Shown piece after piece: positions 49,280 to 62,993 of a stretch of DNA of 64,000 bases. The notes under the pieces are model-generated. The model was not told the origin of the DNA. It was given only the letters and a program-made list of their open reading frames with translations, and searched no databases. A program made the translations under genes and the position numbers. The stretch's first letter is position 1. Each line of letters begins with the position of its first letter. The DNA comes from Tubiluchus corallicola (lineage: Eukaryota; Animalia; Priapulida). The stretch lies in assembly GCA_030141605.1 (NCBI GenBank), contig JAQGDQ010000024.1:248001-312000 (forward strand), in the 5' to 3' direction.

Positions 49280-51964
49280 TTCACGATGTATGTCTAAGAA
49301 GTGCGAAACGTGCGGCAGCATGAGCAGCGCCATCACTAATTAAACGCACAATCCACAACAGTTAGCACAATCCAGTGCTGGAATGTACTAATATTTTACT
49401 AGAAAGCAAATAAGATTGGCCAATTGATGCACTCTAATCAAGAGAATGGAAATTACTTTAAACTTGCTTAGAAGAGAAGAAAAATACAGCATTTCGCAAA
49501 AAATAACCCCCATTTCACATTCTACGCGGTCTGTGAAACTGCTCCTACGTTTTTTATAATCTTTATGCAAACCATGACTTGCTAATAATGTAAAGAAAAG
49601 GCTACACCACTTAAAATCGTGTTTCGGGAATACGCCAACGAAATTAATGTCGCAGCCAAACATATAATCATTTTGCGGACGGTTTTTGTCTTCAGATGGA
49701 CAACTGTATTAACTAGCTAGTCTAACTTGTGACTGTAATAGCGATTGGTTTTCCATTCATGTTGCCCGGTGCTCTGAGAAAGGAGCTGCTTTTTGTGCTT
49801 AATAGTACAGAATTATTTTCCAGCTGCACAGCAACGTTGAAAAGCCCGGGAAGAACTTATTAAATTTGCAGACAACTTGGTACCTGGAAAATATATCCTT
49901 AGATATATCGTATCTTAATGTGGTGTCACAAACACTGCCAAAGTGCAGCATAACTCGTGGCTACCATCCAACTACACAAATTGTAACAGGCGATTCTTAA
50001 AATTTGGAACCTGTCATAGTCTAAATTCTAAACCATGTGCCTGAAAACTACTCATTAATTTTAAAATGCGCAGCGAGCGCATGAAACAATCGTGAAGAAA
50101 TTGCGCATTGGTTCAAGTGCATCTATCACATTAACGTAACAGTAGGCGAGGGTTACGGTCAACTATTAGATGAATTACTAGGTCGAAATTTCCGGAACAA
50201 GTTGGTATGCAATAAGCGGAAAAAATGTTAGAAACGAAGCGCAAAGATTATTTGAAATTTCATAGCTAAGCTTTTACTGCTTTTAGTAGCAAAAAGATAC
50301 TAAAACTATATGCTTAACAAAGTCAAAATTATTTATCTCAATTTATTTATGATTTCATCACTTTTTAAGTTCCGAGGCAAATTCTTGCATATATACTAGT
50401 TAACATTTATGTTAATTTTTTGTTTTATCCGTGGCGATTAAATATTTGTCAGTTTTGTTCTTCAGCAGAAGTATAATATACGTAGAACTAATAAAAACAA
50501 TTGGTACTAGCTGTGGTACTTGAAAGCAATTTTAATTGCAGGCATTATTTTCACGTTTTAATTTAAAATAATTACAATACATGGATTCTACTCGAAATAC
50601 TTCTAAAACGAGAACAGTGTTTTATAAACTACGAAACCTTCGATAGTATTTGCGTTTTAAAAAATCAGTAAAATCATTACCTTTACATGTTGCTATATAC
50701 TCGAGTAATATAGCTTACTCACCCGTTAGAATTCTTTTTGTACATACAACTTATTGCTACAGCACTATCCAGTGACAATGGCAGTAAATATTCAAAGTTC
50801 CAATGACTTAAATCAATTACGTAGTAACGATTACTGTTAACATATTGCATTTATTAGTTGCTTCTTTCTTTACACATCACAGGTAAGAAAAGTGGCCAGC
50901 TACAGTTTGTTAATCGCGAAATTATGCTTAGCAGAAAGCCGGTGATTTTATACACTACCATTTCCATCGTAACGACGTCTTGATCACGTGCTCGCGCATA
51001 TATCACCTCATTGGTTACCTGTTTACACTTACAACTCATGCGGCACCTTTACGCGCATGACCAAAGGGGTTTATTATACTGAAAAAGAAAAAAAGCAGTA
51101 ATTATTCATTGCAGTAGTACGAATTTATTATAACATTTTTAATTCGCTTTCTTCCTAGCGCGTAAAAAGTTTAGTCAATAGAAGCAATATCGAAACAAAC
51201 ACAAATATTTACTATCACTCGTAATTTATTACTCGGAATACTTTTGAATTTCAAGATTTAAGCTAGATGAAGTTTTATTCCATTTATTATGTAACTTTAA
51301 TCATCTCCACAGGTAAAAATGTCTTTGCAATTGACTGATTTTTAACAACTTCAATTTTCCAAACGAGAATTGATGACGATAGCCTGTTGTTACGCATGCC
51401 ATTTAAACTTGGTCACTTTTTTCGTTACAATAAGAGAACGTGCTTCTTTGTCTCACATTTTGGTGTGGATGACTGCGTTTATTCAAGGAATTTGTTTTAT
51501 GTACATGTATATCAATACGATACACAATAGTCACAAGTACTGGTAGTAATATTAAAAAGAAATGCCCTGCTATTGCAGCTTTACTGTGATTACTGTCAGT
51601 AAAATTCTCAGTTAGGTTGGATTGTGCATACGCACCATAAAGTATATTTGAAATTATGAATAGCTGAGTCGTCCGCCAAAGAAAAGCAACACTGGTCCTG
51701 CTTAGGGAATGAATGAGTGACCACGAAAAAAATCGTAACTGGGAGGCTTCATCAGTCGTACTAGTCGAAATGTTTCTCTTGTTTAGGGAGAACCAGTACA
51801 TAAGAACATGACTAAGACACCTACAGCTGCTCTGAATATTCAATATTTTATCATTAGAGAAAATCTTTAAAGGACTAAGTTAGTTACGGTGTCACCAAAA
51901 CCATTTACATTAACTGAACTCTGCGTTCGAGTACTGCAAGGATACTGTCTAGCAATGTGCCGAA

Positions 51965-52343
51965 CAGGGCCGGATTATGACCTTTTGGGGCTCCAAGGCT
52001 AATGGAATTATGGGGCCAACCTCAGACGGAGCCACCCTCTAACTCGCCCGCACTCGTCTTGAATGTTTTTTACTCGTGCTATATTTTAGCGACATTTAGT
52101 CATACATAACTTGAAGTAATTAAACTTATTGCAAATTCTTTAAATAAACTAGAATTTTGTTTGTCAATAAAAGTATTCTTTAAGAAATACCACTATTATA
52201 GGCCCACTATTTACTGCAAACAAAATTAGCGCATATTTCAACACAATCGTAGTGAAAAACAGATTTTTCACCAAATGTTACCGAAGCTTGAGGGGCTCTA
52301 GGCTGTAGTCTGTACATGTAGCCTATAGGATAATCCAGCCCTG
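51965..52343. mobile_element. hAT-type MITE, 379 bp
   Basis: TIRs CAGGGCCGGATTA..TAATCCAGCCCTG (12/13); 8-bp flanks GTGCCGAA / GTGACGAA (7/8), the hAT TSD length. Confidence 0.88.
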
Positions 52344-55300
52344 GTGACGAACTATATAAAAAGACCTACAACGAGTAGCTGTGTAGGAAGACAAATACAA
52401 TATGTAGTTAAGCACTGTTATACCTTGTTATACATTTTTGCATAAGTAGATGATAATTTTCTACTCTAATGTTTCAGTTAATGCAACAGGTACTGCGCGT
52501 GAAAAGCATTGCTTTTACCTGTTTATACTGTTTGCCGGTTACCTGGAATTATGTCAACAAACGAACCGGTGACAGATTAAAGTAACTGAATAAAAACTAT
52601 TGCATATTTATGATATGTCAAATGGTTTGACCTGAATTTGATCAAATGCAACAGGTCTTGTTTAAAAAATTTAAAAAAAGAATCTTACGTCACCGTCAAC
52701 AATAATGCGACAGCGAAATAAAGAGAATAAAATAAAGTGCATATTTATATTATTTATTGAATTTCTGTCGTACACGAAGTACAGGTACCATTTAAAATAG
52801 GCAACATGTATAAAAAGGTTAAAATATAAAATACAATATTCAAAACATACGCGAACTATAAACATATTTACATTACAAAAGAAAGTTAATTTGTAGGTAA
52901 AGACCTGAAATGAGAAAGTTATGTGCAGGTTTTTTCACAGGAAAAAAGCTGAATCTAAATCTAATATTTCACAAATCTTTCTAACAGTTACTACAGATGC
53001 GAATACCGTTACGTAAACAGGAAATATTTTGTTTTGTTTGACTAACGTACATGTGCGATTATATTTGCCAATTTGTATATAAACATTTATTGCATAAAAA
53101 TGTGATAACTAGTAACTTCCATCGCGGCAGATACGCGAAATCTATTAAGCAATTTCATAAGTAAAGAATAAAATTTAATTTCATTAGTAGGCATTATTAC
53201 CTGTTCAAATCAAATTTCGTTTATGTATGTGCTATTTGAAATATTTATACCTAGAAATATCTTGCACCTTGCACACAATAATAACCAATTTTCTTTCATA
53301 AGCAGGAAGCACTTTCGCTTCTGGTTTTGATTAAGATCTCGCTGGAAAAGCTAAAGATGTTATCGGATAACCGAGCATTTGTTTAGCACTGATGCGTACT
53401 TGAACCTTACAACTTTCTGAACGCTTATGCAAAATATAACTTCTACGGAATAAATACCAAATGCCACTCTAGGCCCAAGTCGAGTAGTGTGCCATACTGA
53501 GGGCTCAACATTAATAAGCGATGAAATCTCCCCAACTTGATCAGATCTTTATCACAGTATGATCACATACACTGTAATTCATGAGAAATTTCAACTACTA
53601 TTTTATACGCAAAAAGTGGTTCAGACATGTATCTACTCGACAACTTTGCTTTGCATGATTGAACGTTATGTGGTGGGAACATGATTTTTATTAAAACAAA
53701 TGTAAGCCTCCCTTTTGAAGACTGCATGTTATACTTTTATTATGAATATCTTCTTAAAACTAAGTTTGATTGTGTTACCCACTCCCAGTGTTTCTTTCAC
53801 AAAATTTTACATCTCAATTATAGGCTCGTTTACTATAATTTAATTTCAAACACGCTAACAATGGTAATGAATTGTCATTGGAGGTACTCACGTTTTGAAG
53901 CATTTTAAATTACAAGGAATTTAACGTGTATTTCATGCGAATACTGAAGAAAACCTGAAAACTACGTGTCAGTCCGCAGTTTAAAATAAGGCTTTACTTA
54001 TTATCATTGTTTATTTAATTAATATGTTCGATCTAGGAGAAGAAAGAAAAAGTAGAAAAGGTGGTTACAGAAAGGACTTACGAAAAGAAGGGCCTACACT
54101 TATTTATATTGTACCATAGCAGGCCAGTTTTAAATTGAATCAAGAAAACTGTAGAGATCTTAACTATTATTAACACTGGCTCGGGAAAGCGGCACGCTGT
54201 TTTGCAAGTTCATTATGTATATATCCTTTTCAGCTAGGTTACGCTCCCTGCAGGGTGGAAATAATCTGGGCATCTGAAGACAGAAAATAGAAAAATACAA
54301 GAGGACGCAGTGCATAGGCGTTTTACAATGTCGGAATGATTAAATTTTGGAAAGTACAATACGGAACATAGAACTATTGTTCAGCCGGGCGATTCGGATT
54401 CCCGATCTGTATGAAAAAGGAAAGTTCGCTCAAATTTATCGGGCAGTCATCGACAGATCGCCGTACGGATAAAACCGTGGTGAACTTCCGCGTCGTCACT
54501 TTCGCTATTGCAAAGTGTCACTCTGAGAAATTTCCTGTTACCTGCGATTTTTTCCGAACGATTTTCTTCAGAATAATGAAACAGCGGAATAAATGAACAG
54601 ACGGACCAATCAATGAACTACCCAGTTAACAAACAAACAAGACATAGTTAAGCAAAAACGAGTAAGAAAACAAGCAAACAACAAACAACCAAATAAACAG
54701 ACTGATATTTAAAATTCCGATTATCGTTTATTTTTCTACTTCGGCATTAGTCCAGTAAACAACTTATTATTAATATATTCCCAAAAAGAAGGAAAGAGGT
54801 GGTGAAAATGTGCCGTTAAATCAGGTAAGGCAGCAAATTGACAAAAACAAGCAAACGGAGTTAACAGAGCTTAATAAATTTTCAACACTTGGCTATATCT
54901 ATAGACACTGTGCTGTGTTTCACTAAGGCTAAGGCCTAAGGCTTGAGATAATCAGCTAAGTACAACGCGCAGATAATTTGACAATTTGTAATTATTATAA
55001 TATAATTATATTGTTTGCGACTTTCTTCCTAAGACGAAGTGCAAACAATGAGTTTTCTGATTCTTCTGTAACTTCTATAGCTTCACCAGTTCACCATCAG
55101 CTATTGTATAATTTCGTTCAGTAACAACATTGACCTCAGTGATGATGCAGGTACTACGGTCTGATTTATCAATGAAATATCTATAGTGGTAGGTCCCACT
55201 ATAAGGATCCACTTAGTGATTCAAAAGCAAATCTATTATGTACATTTTTACCGGCAGAATTAATCTAACTCCAGCCAGGTCCTTATGCAATTTCTCATGT

Positions 55301-55624
55301 TAATATTGTTTGCTGCCTTCCACAGGAGCAAAGTCACATTAGTATGTTATGACAACAAAAGTGACAAGTGCTTCCAGAATCAATCTGAAATCAATGGCTA
55401 ATAATTTACATATAATTCAAGCATTTTTTGTTTCTTACCCTGTTCATTAATAACAAAAATGTATGAAAAAAACATCCCAAAGGTCATTTTTCTCGACCCT
55501 GATCAACACAGTTGCTCATTTGATACGCATTGTGGGTGAAATTTGAACAGTTAACCATTGTAATTTATGTGGTTGCTTTCTCATAAGTCATTGTCTTTGG
55601 GTTTTTCATTGGCCCACGTATTGA

Positions 55625-56332
55625 TTACTTCACAGCATGATGATCCAACTCGGTTTCGTCCAGGTGTTGGATAGTTCCAGGTACAACAACATGGGCTCCT
55701 TCAGTATGAGAACTGTGTGGTGCCACACCTGCATAATATATCACAGTCACTGGAGCATAATTGGCTCCACAGCAAATGTAGGTACAACACAGGGAGGCGC
55801 TCCATATACTAGCAATGGCTTCACTAACTGACGTAACGAGCATCAATGCTCCAACTGCAGCACCATGTTTCACTAGCGTTTCACAATTTGGACTGGAGAT
55901 GTCACTGCAGTTGGCATTTAGGGCGAAACCGAGCATCCTACCACCAATATAGAGAAGACTGAGAGTGAACACAGCAGCAATGATGCACATGACCATGCAG
56001 CCGACAATAATACAACGAGTCTGCTTTTTTGCTGACAGTTTAACCAAGGTACCAGAGACTACAAACAAGACTCCACAGATAATGCCCTGGCCCATCATCA
56101 GCGCATCGTCCCGGACAGCCAGCATGTGAACCAAGTCAGTTATTATAGCTATCATACCAAATAATACTTGGGCAACTGCCAGATAAGAAGATATGCTTTT
56201 GGGAAATTTAATTTGACTTGTATTCCTTGGATAATCGGCATGGTGGTGGTGCTGCGGCAGTGGTTCTTCAAGTTTTCTGTAAGGATATGGTTGTTCAAGA
56301 GAACTCTTCATATCATCAACTTCAAATGCCAT
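55625..56332 (-). CDS. MS4A/CD20-like four-transmembrane protein, 235 aa, single coding exon
   Basis: Four hydrophobic helices; CD20-family pattern VAQVLFG..GQGIICGVLFVVSGTL..SAKKQTRC..MCIIAAV; Cys pair in the second loop; SIWSASLCC after TM4. 5'-UTR intron suggested by donor CAG|GTATGT at 56666 and acceptor at 56359-56360. Confidence 0.88.
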   Translation of the reverse strand: MAFEVDDMKSSLEQPYPYRKLEEPLPQHHHHADYPRNTSQIKFPKSISSYLAVAQVLFGMIAIITDLVHMLAVRDDALMMGQGIICGVLFVVSGTLVKLSAKKQTRCIIVGCMVMCIIAAVFTLSLLYIGGRMLGFALNANCSDISSPNCETLVKHGAAVGALMLVTSVSEAIASIWSASLCCTYICCGANYAPVTVIYYAGVAPHSSHTEGAHVVVPGTIQHLDETELDHHAVK

Positions 56333-58530
56333 TCTGAAGTCTTTTCCAATGTACTTTTCTGTAAGAAATTTATTTATGTACGTTTCCCAAAATCACATCA
56401 CACATTTTATACCTATACTAAAAAGATTAGTAGTAAATAAAATGATAATAACAATAAAGTCACTTGTTGTATATTACAGAAATTTGGAAAGTCATTGCAA
56501 AAAAGCCTTTTAGAAAATGTAGTCACAAACTGTAAAAATATGGTATGGTAATAAACGATATATTTAAATCGTTTCACAACCTCATGTAATTAATAATTAT
56601 AGTTAAATTTTTTTATTTAAACACACATACTACTACAAAACTGGACTTTTGTAGAAAATTACATACCTGGATTTATGATGTGCAGTACACTGAATTTGTA
56701 TCCACTATTACTTTACTGATCTTTTATTGTCATACTCTTATAATTGCCATTCCACTATACGTTGTGATCATCTCTTTGCTTGGCTATTCGCAGCTGAGTA
56801 ATGATATACGTAGTGAACTAGAACATGACTGTAAATAAAGACAGTGATCTTTGACCATGATCAACATTGACTGATTAGCATGTTTCCAAATTAACGTTGT
56901 TTACTCACATTGGCTCACTCCCAAGAATTTGTTTAGCTGCGCTGAATTCTGAAGAACAGTTTATAAATTATGCAGCAGCTCAAATGGTTGCTAAATCTAT
57001 TCCTGACATTATTCTAACAAACGCAAACAATCACAAAACATGCATCAGAACTATTATGTTTAGTAACTTTTTATTTTAGCTTTTGTTAAAATCGTTCAGC
57101 CAACATTTACATTATAAAAGTGTTTAAAAAGCGGCAGCAATTTATTCCAATAATATTAAAATTTTGTATAACTATCACAGTCACATAAAATTTGTTAGTT
57201 AGACTGAAGTCTAGAATGGTGTCTTAGAATAAATTATAACTTATACAGGTAATACACATATTTACTGAATAAAATATTTTATAAATTAAAATTGTACGTT
57301 TATCAATAAATCTATACACAATAAATGCAAAGATAGCACTATAATGCACAATGCAACTAATGATAAAATACTACGTAGATGAAACAAGTATAAAACTGCT
57401 ATACACAAAAATTTCTTGTTTAGCAGTGCAAAACATAACAGTCCATTGGAATAAGAAAATTTCTTTTAATGAAATATCAGTTTCTCAAAAGTTATGATAC
57501 ACCTTCAGATTGCAAGTATCTATGAAGTCTGCAGCAAATACAGCATGTCAGCTGAATAATAAATGAATACTCAATTTTTGTCATAGTCATCAATTGTTAA
57601 AATCAGATTTAAAATGAGATTAGCCAGGATAAAAAAGAATTAAATTTATTATTGGCATTTCGGGTTATATTGCATATACTAGCTCTGAAGCAGTAAAATG
57701 TAATTATAAACACTGTCAAAACTTTGTTAATGTTCACCAGGAAATATGTGATGCATGACCACAATTATCATGATATTTAGATTTGCAAAAAAATTTCAAG
57801 AATTAAAAACACTTGTTGAATTTCAAGTAAGGCAGAAATAAATTAGAAAAAAATGAGAATAAACAGCAAACAGTTTTTTATTGTTTCTAGATCAAACTAA
57901 AACATAGATAACTTTACTGCAAAAGTTGCAAACGTATATCACAACTTACGTTGTTTGCGAAAAGCAACTGCATATAAAAATAAATAAATTGATTTTAGCG
58001 TACGTACAAACGTTTAGAAAAACACGAAAGATCCAAAATTCCTGCTTATTTAAATATTACAAATACAGCAGCCTATCAACACAAAAAAGAACAATTTTCC
58101 TGGGCAGTAACATTTTTAAGACATGTTTTTAGAATACTACGCAGTATAAAAGTCTTCTAATAATTTTTCTCGATCGGTAGCTAGAGCCGGCTATTTGATT
58201 ACCACAAAGTAGAAAGTTTTGCAAACACTCAGTTGTGGTAAGTCAGTTAAGTTTAGGAACTAATCTACTGAAATACAAATGATCACTCCTCAACTACTAT
58301 GTCTGACTTTTAGAAGAGTAGTTGCTGAAAAGACATAAAAAGTGCAACTGTGTTACGTTGTTATGATACTACATAATCAACTTTTCGTCTTCCCTTCCCA
58401 AAAAGCAGGTTTGCGCTTTACTAGTACACAACAATCTCTCCTTTTTTAAATCAACAGAAATTCTCATTAAACTACTATAGACAGCAACTTGGCACAGTAC
58501 CACCATGCTTTATTTACAAGCTCAGCTTTT

Positions 58531-60070
58531 TCACAGTGAGGTTGCATACTCATAGCTTTCGTCAGATACGTATTCTGACTCTTCCAGGTCTGAAACATAG
58601 TGAAAAAAGTAGTAAACTGAATCCAACTATTTCGAAGTTTTTGAAAGTTACGAAGTTTAATTTAGCTGAACAACTGTGATCCACTTGTTTTAAGACGGTT
58701 TAAAGTTTACACCTTTCTCATAATTATTTCATCAATTTTTACAAAATTCTTCAAAGATTCACATAGAAATTGGCATTATTGCAGTAAATAGTTGGAGATC
58801 TTAAAGATATTGACTGAGTGGACACATTAAAACACAAAACAAACATATAATTAGTAATAAACCATCAAACCTTTTTTGAACTGTGTAATTAAGATTGCAT
58901 ATGAAAAAGACATTCATCAGTTAAAAGCTTTTTGAATACAATACTTCGATTAAGCATTGCATTTTTGGCATTACATTTAATCATATTTGAAATGTTTATA
59001 ATTCACCAATTGGTCTGACTGTGACAGGACTGGAATCCAGCTCATTATCAAGAATAATTCTTTAAGACGAAACTGAACTGGCTGAAGTGACCTATCTACA
59101 TTTGGATACAATTAGATCTTCTCTAAAAGAGATAAATAGCCAAAGGCAGTGCAGCAGATGAACCCATCGTGAAGCAGTTTTCCTAACAAACACCACTGTC
59201 CATTAACTACCAAATTTCAGTACTACTTAACCTTCATAGTTAAGCACTCATCATGACCACTTAGCTATTCCTTTTACTTAAAACGATAAACTAGTCTTAC
59301 CTTCTGAAAAGAATTCATCTTCTGAAAAAAATTAAAAAAATGATAAGAGAAAAAACATTAGGTAAAAGTTTACAACTTCCCACACACAAGAACTTAGTTC
59401 GTGAAGCGGATTAGGGTTAGGGTTACGGTTAAGGTTGGCTTAAGGTTAGTGTTAGGGCTAGAATTAGGGGTATTTAAATTGTGTGGGGAATTGTAAACCC
59501 TTTTCAAACGTTATTTTGCTAACTGCTGAGTAAGGCAACAAACTACAATTATATGTGCAGTAAATGAATCCATATTAATCGTATACCTACATTATTAAAC
59601 AAGCTATCATGAATATCAAAATGAACAAAGACATTTAACTAACATAATACGAAAAATCATGCAAATCTATTTTCCAAAATTAAATGCTAGATATCAGAAT
59701 GGACGAGCAAAAATGTTGCCTATAGTTAACACAATTTCTAACAGGCATTTAAGTAATTTCTGCAAAAGAAAGTTAAAAAACTTGAAACTTAAAGGAAGGG
59801 ACAATGAATAGTTCCAAAAAAAGCCAAAAGTACATGAAGTAATAAATCTAGCGAGCCAATAGGATGAAATCATGTAATCCCTGATGCAGACACAGGTTTG
59901 TAAAGCAATTCTTTTTGTTAAATATGCATACAGCATTCTCTAGTATGATTAACTGTGATGGCAGCTCATCTCTAGCAGCAGCCACCACCTGGCAATTTCT
60001 AGGCAACATAAGAAAAACAAATAAATCGCCTAATGTGATACTTTAGCCAATATGTGATATACGTGTTCTA

Positions 60071-60108
<38 letters not shown>

Positions 60109-62993
60109 GAAATAATAATAATGGTAATATTAGAAGTTCATTTAGGACATAGTACAGTGATACCATCCTAAGTAACTCAATACTTATTTCTAAGATGGTC
60201 CTGATTATTATTACCTGCACACTACTTTGATAAACCTGTGTGTTTGGTTGAAAAACCAACAGTACAATTTTTTAAATCTTTGGTATGACTAGGTATGACA
60301 CAGAACATGTTAAGAAGACTCTAACAATACACCTGCAGCAACTGTTAATTCAGATAGTAATCTCTGTTGTTTCTTATTATGATTTTTCATTAGAAAACAA
60401 TGAATTCACACTTTGTTAAGGCTGTATTACAAAACTTATAACTTCCCAATTTATGACTTGTTACTACAAAATGTAATTGGTATTGTCATAAGTTTTTAAT
60501 AGCCATTCAATTCAACTTTTTGCTAATGTAATGAATTTTTCAACAATTTTCAATTTGCCGACGTAATTTGTATAATTTGTCAAATGCATACACAAATAAA
60601 ATATACTCAACCGGCTGGACAAAACTTTATGCCTCTTACTTTCGATGGATGTCTTTTTGGCAAACATCCTTTTTGCAGCATACAAAGCAAACAATATAGC
60701 AATTACACTGAGAATGCCTAATGCAATTGATGTTCCAAGTGTTGCTAGAGCTTGAGCAGAATCATGTGGTGCGATTGTAGTTGGATCTACAGAGTCTGAA
60801 ACATTGCATATTTATCAATGCATTAAATAATAGCAAAAACTAATCTAATAAGAATAATAATGGTGATATACATAAATGACAGATTTGTTTTGTTTAAAGT
60901 TCAGTGCAAGCATAACATAATTACACTACCAGCCAGCTAGTGAACCAGTAAACATTATTTAAAATTAACAATACACAATTGAGATTAAGATTGAACCAAA
61001 AACTTTGTGACAAGGAAGGTGCAGTTGTCAAGCGGCATGATGATTGGCTTCCAATCCAATGATTCTGGGTTTGAATCCAGCCACGTCAGAATTTTTTATG
61101 CCATGTTCCACTCGAGAAGGACTCTCTGGTCACTTACCTAGATCTATTCAGCTTAACTGAGTACTTGATCATGTACTGTGGGAAGAAATTAAGGTGACCT
61201 AACCAGCTGTCTTCTTGTGTGACAACGTTAGAAATGTAGATGTTGTAACTATCTATCCCTACGCCATTAGCCCTGGAATCAGTCATCTTCTACTTCTCTT
61301 TCTTAAATTGTGACTAATACATGACGGCAGTTTCAACTCTTTGTATCTTTCAGTTTGATAAATATTATTGAACAACTTTAATGATCAAGATTAATTCTAA
61401 AGCAGTTTTCCTCCTAATTTTGCACCAAAATTAATTCAGTAGTTTCTGACATATACAGATGTGCAATTATTGCATGAACAAGGGCTTACCGTGTCACAAC
61501 ATGTAAACCAATTATTCAATAAGCTAGCATTTCTTTATTAGTTTAACACAATCTACAGAAAAATACTTTTATTTTTAAAATGAAATAGTACTTATTTGCT
61601 AAGTTTTGAAAGAGTAGCCTACCCAGTAACCGAGTACGTACTTCCAATAACACTAATGGTAAAGTCAAAAGTTTTCTCCTTGACTGGGTTGCTCACTTTC
61701 AACGTGTATTTTCCCGAATTGCTTGAACTGGCCTTGAAAAGCACAAGTGATGCAGTGTAGCAATTTTCGCCCTTCCCTGGTGAAATGTTTGCAACAATGC
61801 TGCCGAGAGCTACACTAGAATTGGAAGGCGTTAAATGCAATTTGCCATTTTCCCATGTCCACCAAGCATTGGTATAATTTAAGCAAAAATCAAAAAAGAC
61901 ATTGAAATCATTGCCGGCATCACCCTTAATTGTGTTCTTGTCGCTAGTTGCTGCCACTGCCATGCCTGTAAACAAACTATTTCTGTTCAGTAAGACTGCT
62001 GCAACTCAAAACATCCTTCAAAAGATTAAAATGTTAAGTTTACATGCTAACATGCAGATACATCAAATTACGTTCAAAGACATAATGACATCTTATGTAG
62101 GAGAATAACAGCAAAATACAAGAAAGAAAAAAGCTCAACTTCATATATGACAAATTTAAGACAATTTTTTTTAGCTCAATCGCCATATTCATGCGTACAT
62201 TTGTTGATGGTTACAGTGGTCCTAAAACAGTTTAGGAATTGAGACCTTTTTTGGAATTTACTTCTTACTAATTGCAACAAAACAAATTTTGCAGTTTTAA
62301 AATTAGCATTTTTTCTTTACTAATAGCAAACGTGTTTTGATGATGGACCTTGTAGCATATGCCTAAGCTATATGACAATACTCTTGGTAGTCAGCCACCT
62401 GTTAACTTGCCACACTCAGTGTTGCTTAACTTTGATCACTAAATAAACTCTAAGACAACTCACAAATCTACTTACTGGCTGGATCTAGGGACATAGTAAA
62501 TACATTTCTGATATTAAATGTTTAACAGTACACAAATGTACTAATGACTCTCACCACTTCATGGTATTTAGTGAATGAGGTTTATGTTCAAAATAACTTT
62601 GTGGTGCAAAAGTGAACAGATAAATTAAGCTATGTTTACCTCGTCTATGCTTTAATTCCATAACATACAGATTAACAGCAAATTTTCTGATGCCAATCTG
62701 ATTTTTTACCTCCAGGATATATTTCCCGGAATCTGTTTCTTTAGCAGAACTGATTAACACAGATGTGATGTAGCAACTATTGCTGTCTGCAGAATATGGT
62801 GTAATTTTGATTAATATACGATGATTCACAGACGTACTAGTTCTTAATGACGTAAGCTCTACATCAATATCACTCCATTTCCACTTAACTTTTTCATATT
62901 TTGGCAGTGAACAGAATGCTAAGGAAATGTTGGCATTCTTGGCCACAGCACCTTCAAACACAAACTTGTTATTAGGCAGCAGCCTTGGGGTAC
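58531..62993 (-). CDS. 3' part of an Ig-superfamily type I membrane protein (Fasciclin-3-like Ig domains); exons 62993-62640, 61965-61642, 60795-60640, 59321-59301, 58589-58531; 5' end not identified, probably beyond the window
   Basis: Two phase 1-1 Ig exons (FCSLP..WKW..CYITSVLISSAKETDSGKYILEVKNQIG; FC..WWTW..CYTASLVL..NSGKYTLKVSN); TM exon LGTSIALGILSVIAILFALYAA followed by KR; 21-nt micro-exon; terminal exon DLEESEYVSDESYEYATSL*. The cytoplasmic exons are less certain. Confidence 0.78.
59368..59498. mobile_element. Small inverted-repeat element with a degenerate (TTAGGG)n core
   Basis: Arms gtttacaacttcccacaca (59368-59386) and tgtgtggggaattgtaaac (59480-59498) are inverted with 17/19 identity. 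Interior ttagggttagggttacggttaagg...gttagggctagaattagggg. Confidence 0.7.
60068..60122. repeat. (AAT)n microsatellite
   Basis: Directly visible. Confidence 0.95.
61014..61270 (+). mobile_element. Degenerate tRNA-derived SINE
   Basis: Box A-like TTGTCAAGCGG 61025-61035 and box B-like GGTTTGAATCC 61068-61078 at tRNA spacing with no intact cloverleaf. Body ..TTCAGCTTAACTGAGTACTTG.. resembles conserved SINE central domains. 3' boundary approximate. Confidence 0.55.

Noticed and set aside
51403-51843. 146-aa minus-strand ORF
   Set aside because: Non-ATG start, no recognisable domain or splice context; probably a chance ORF.
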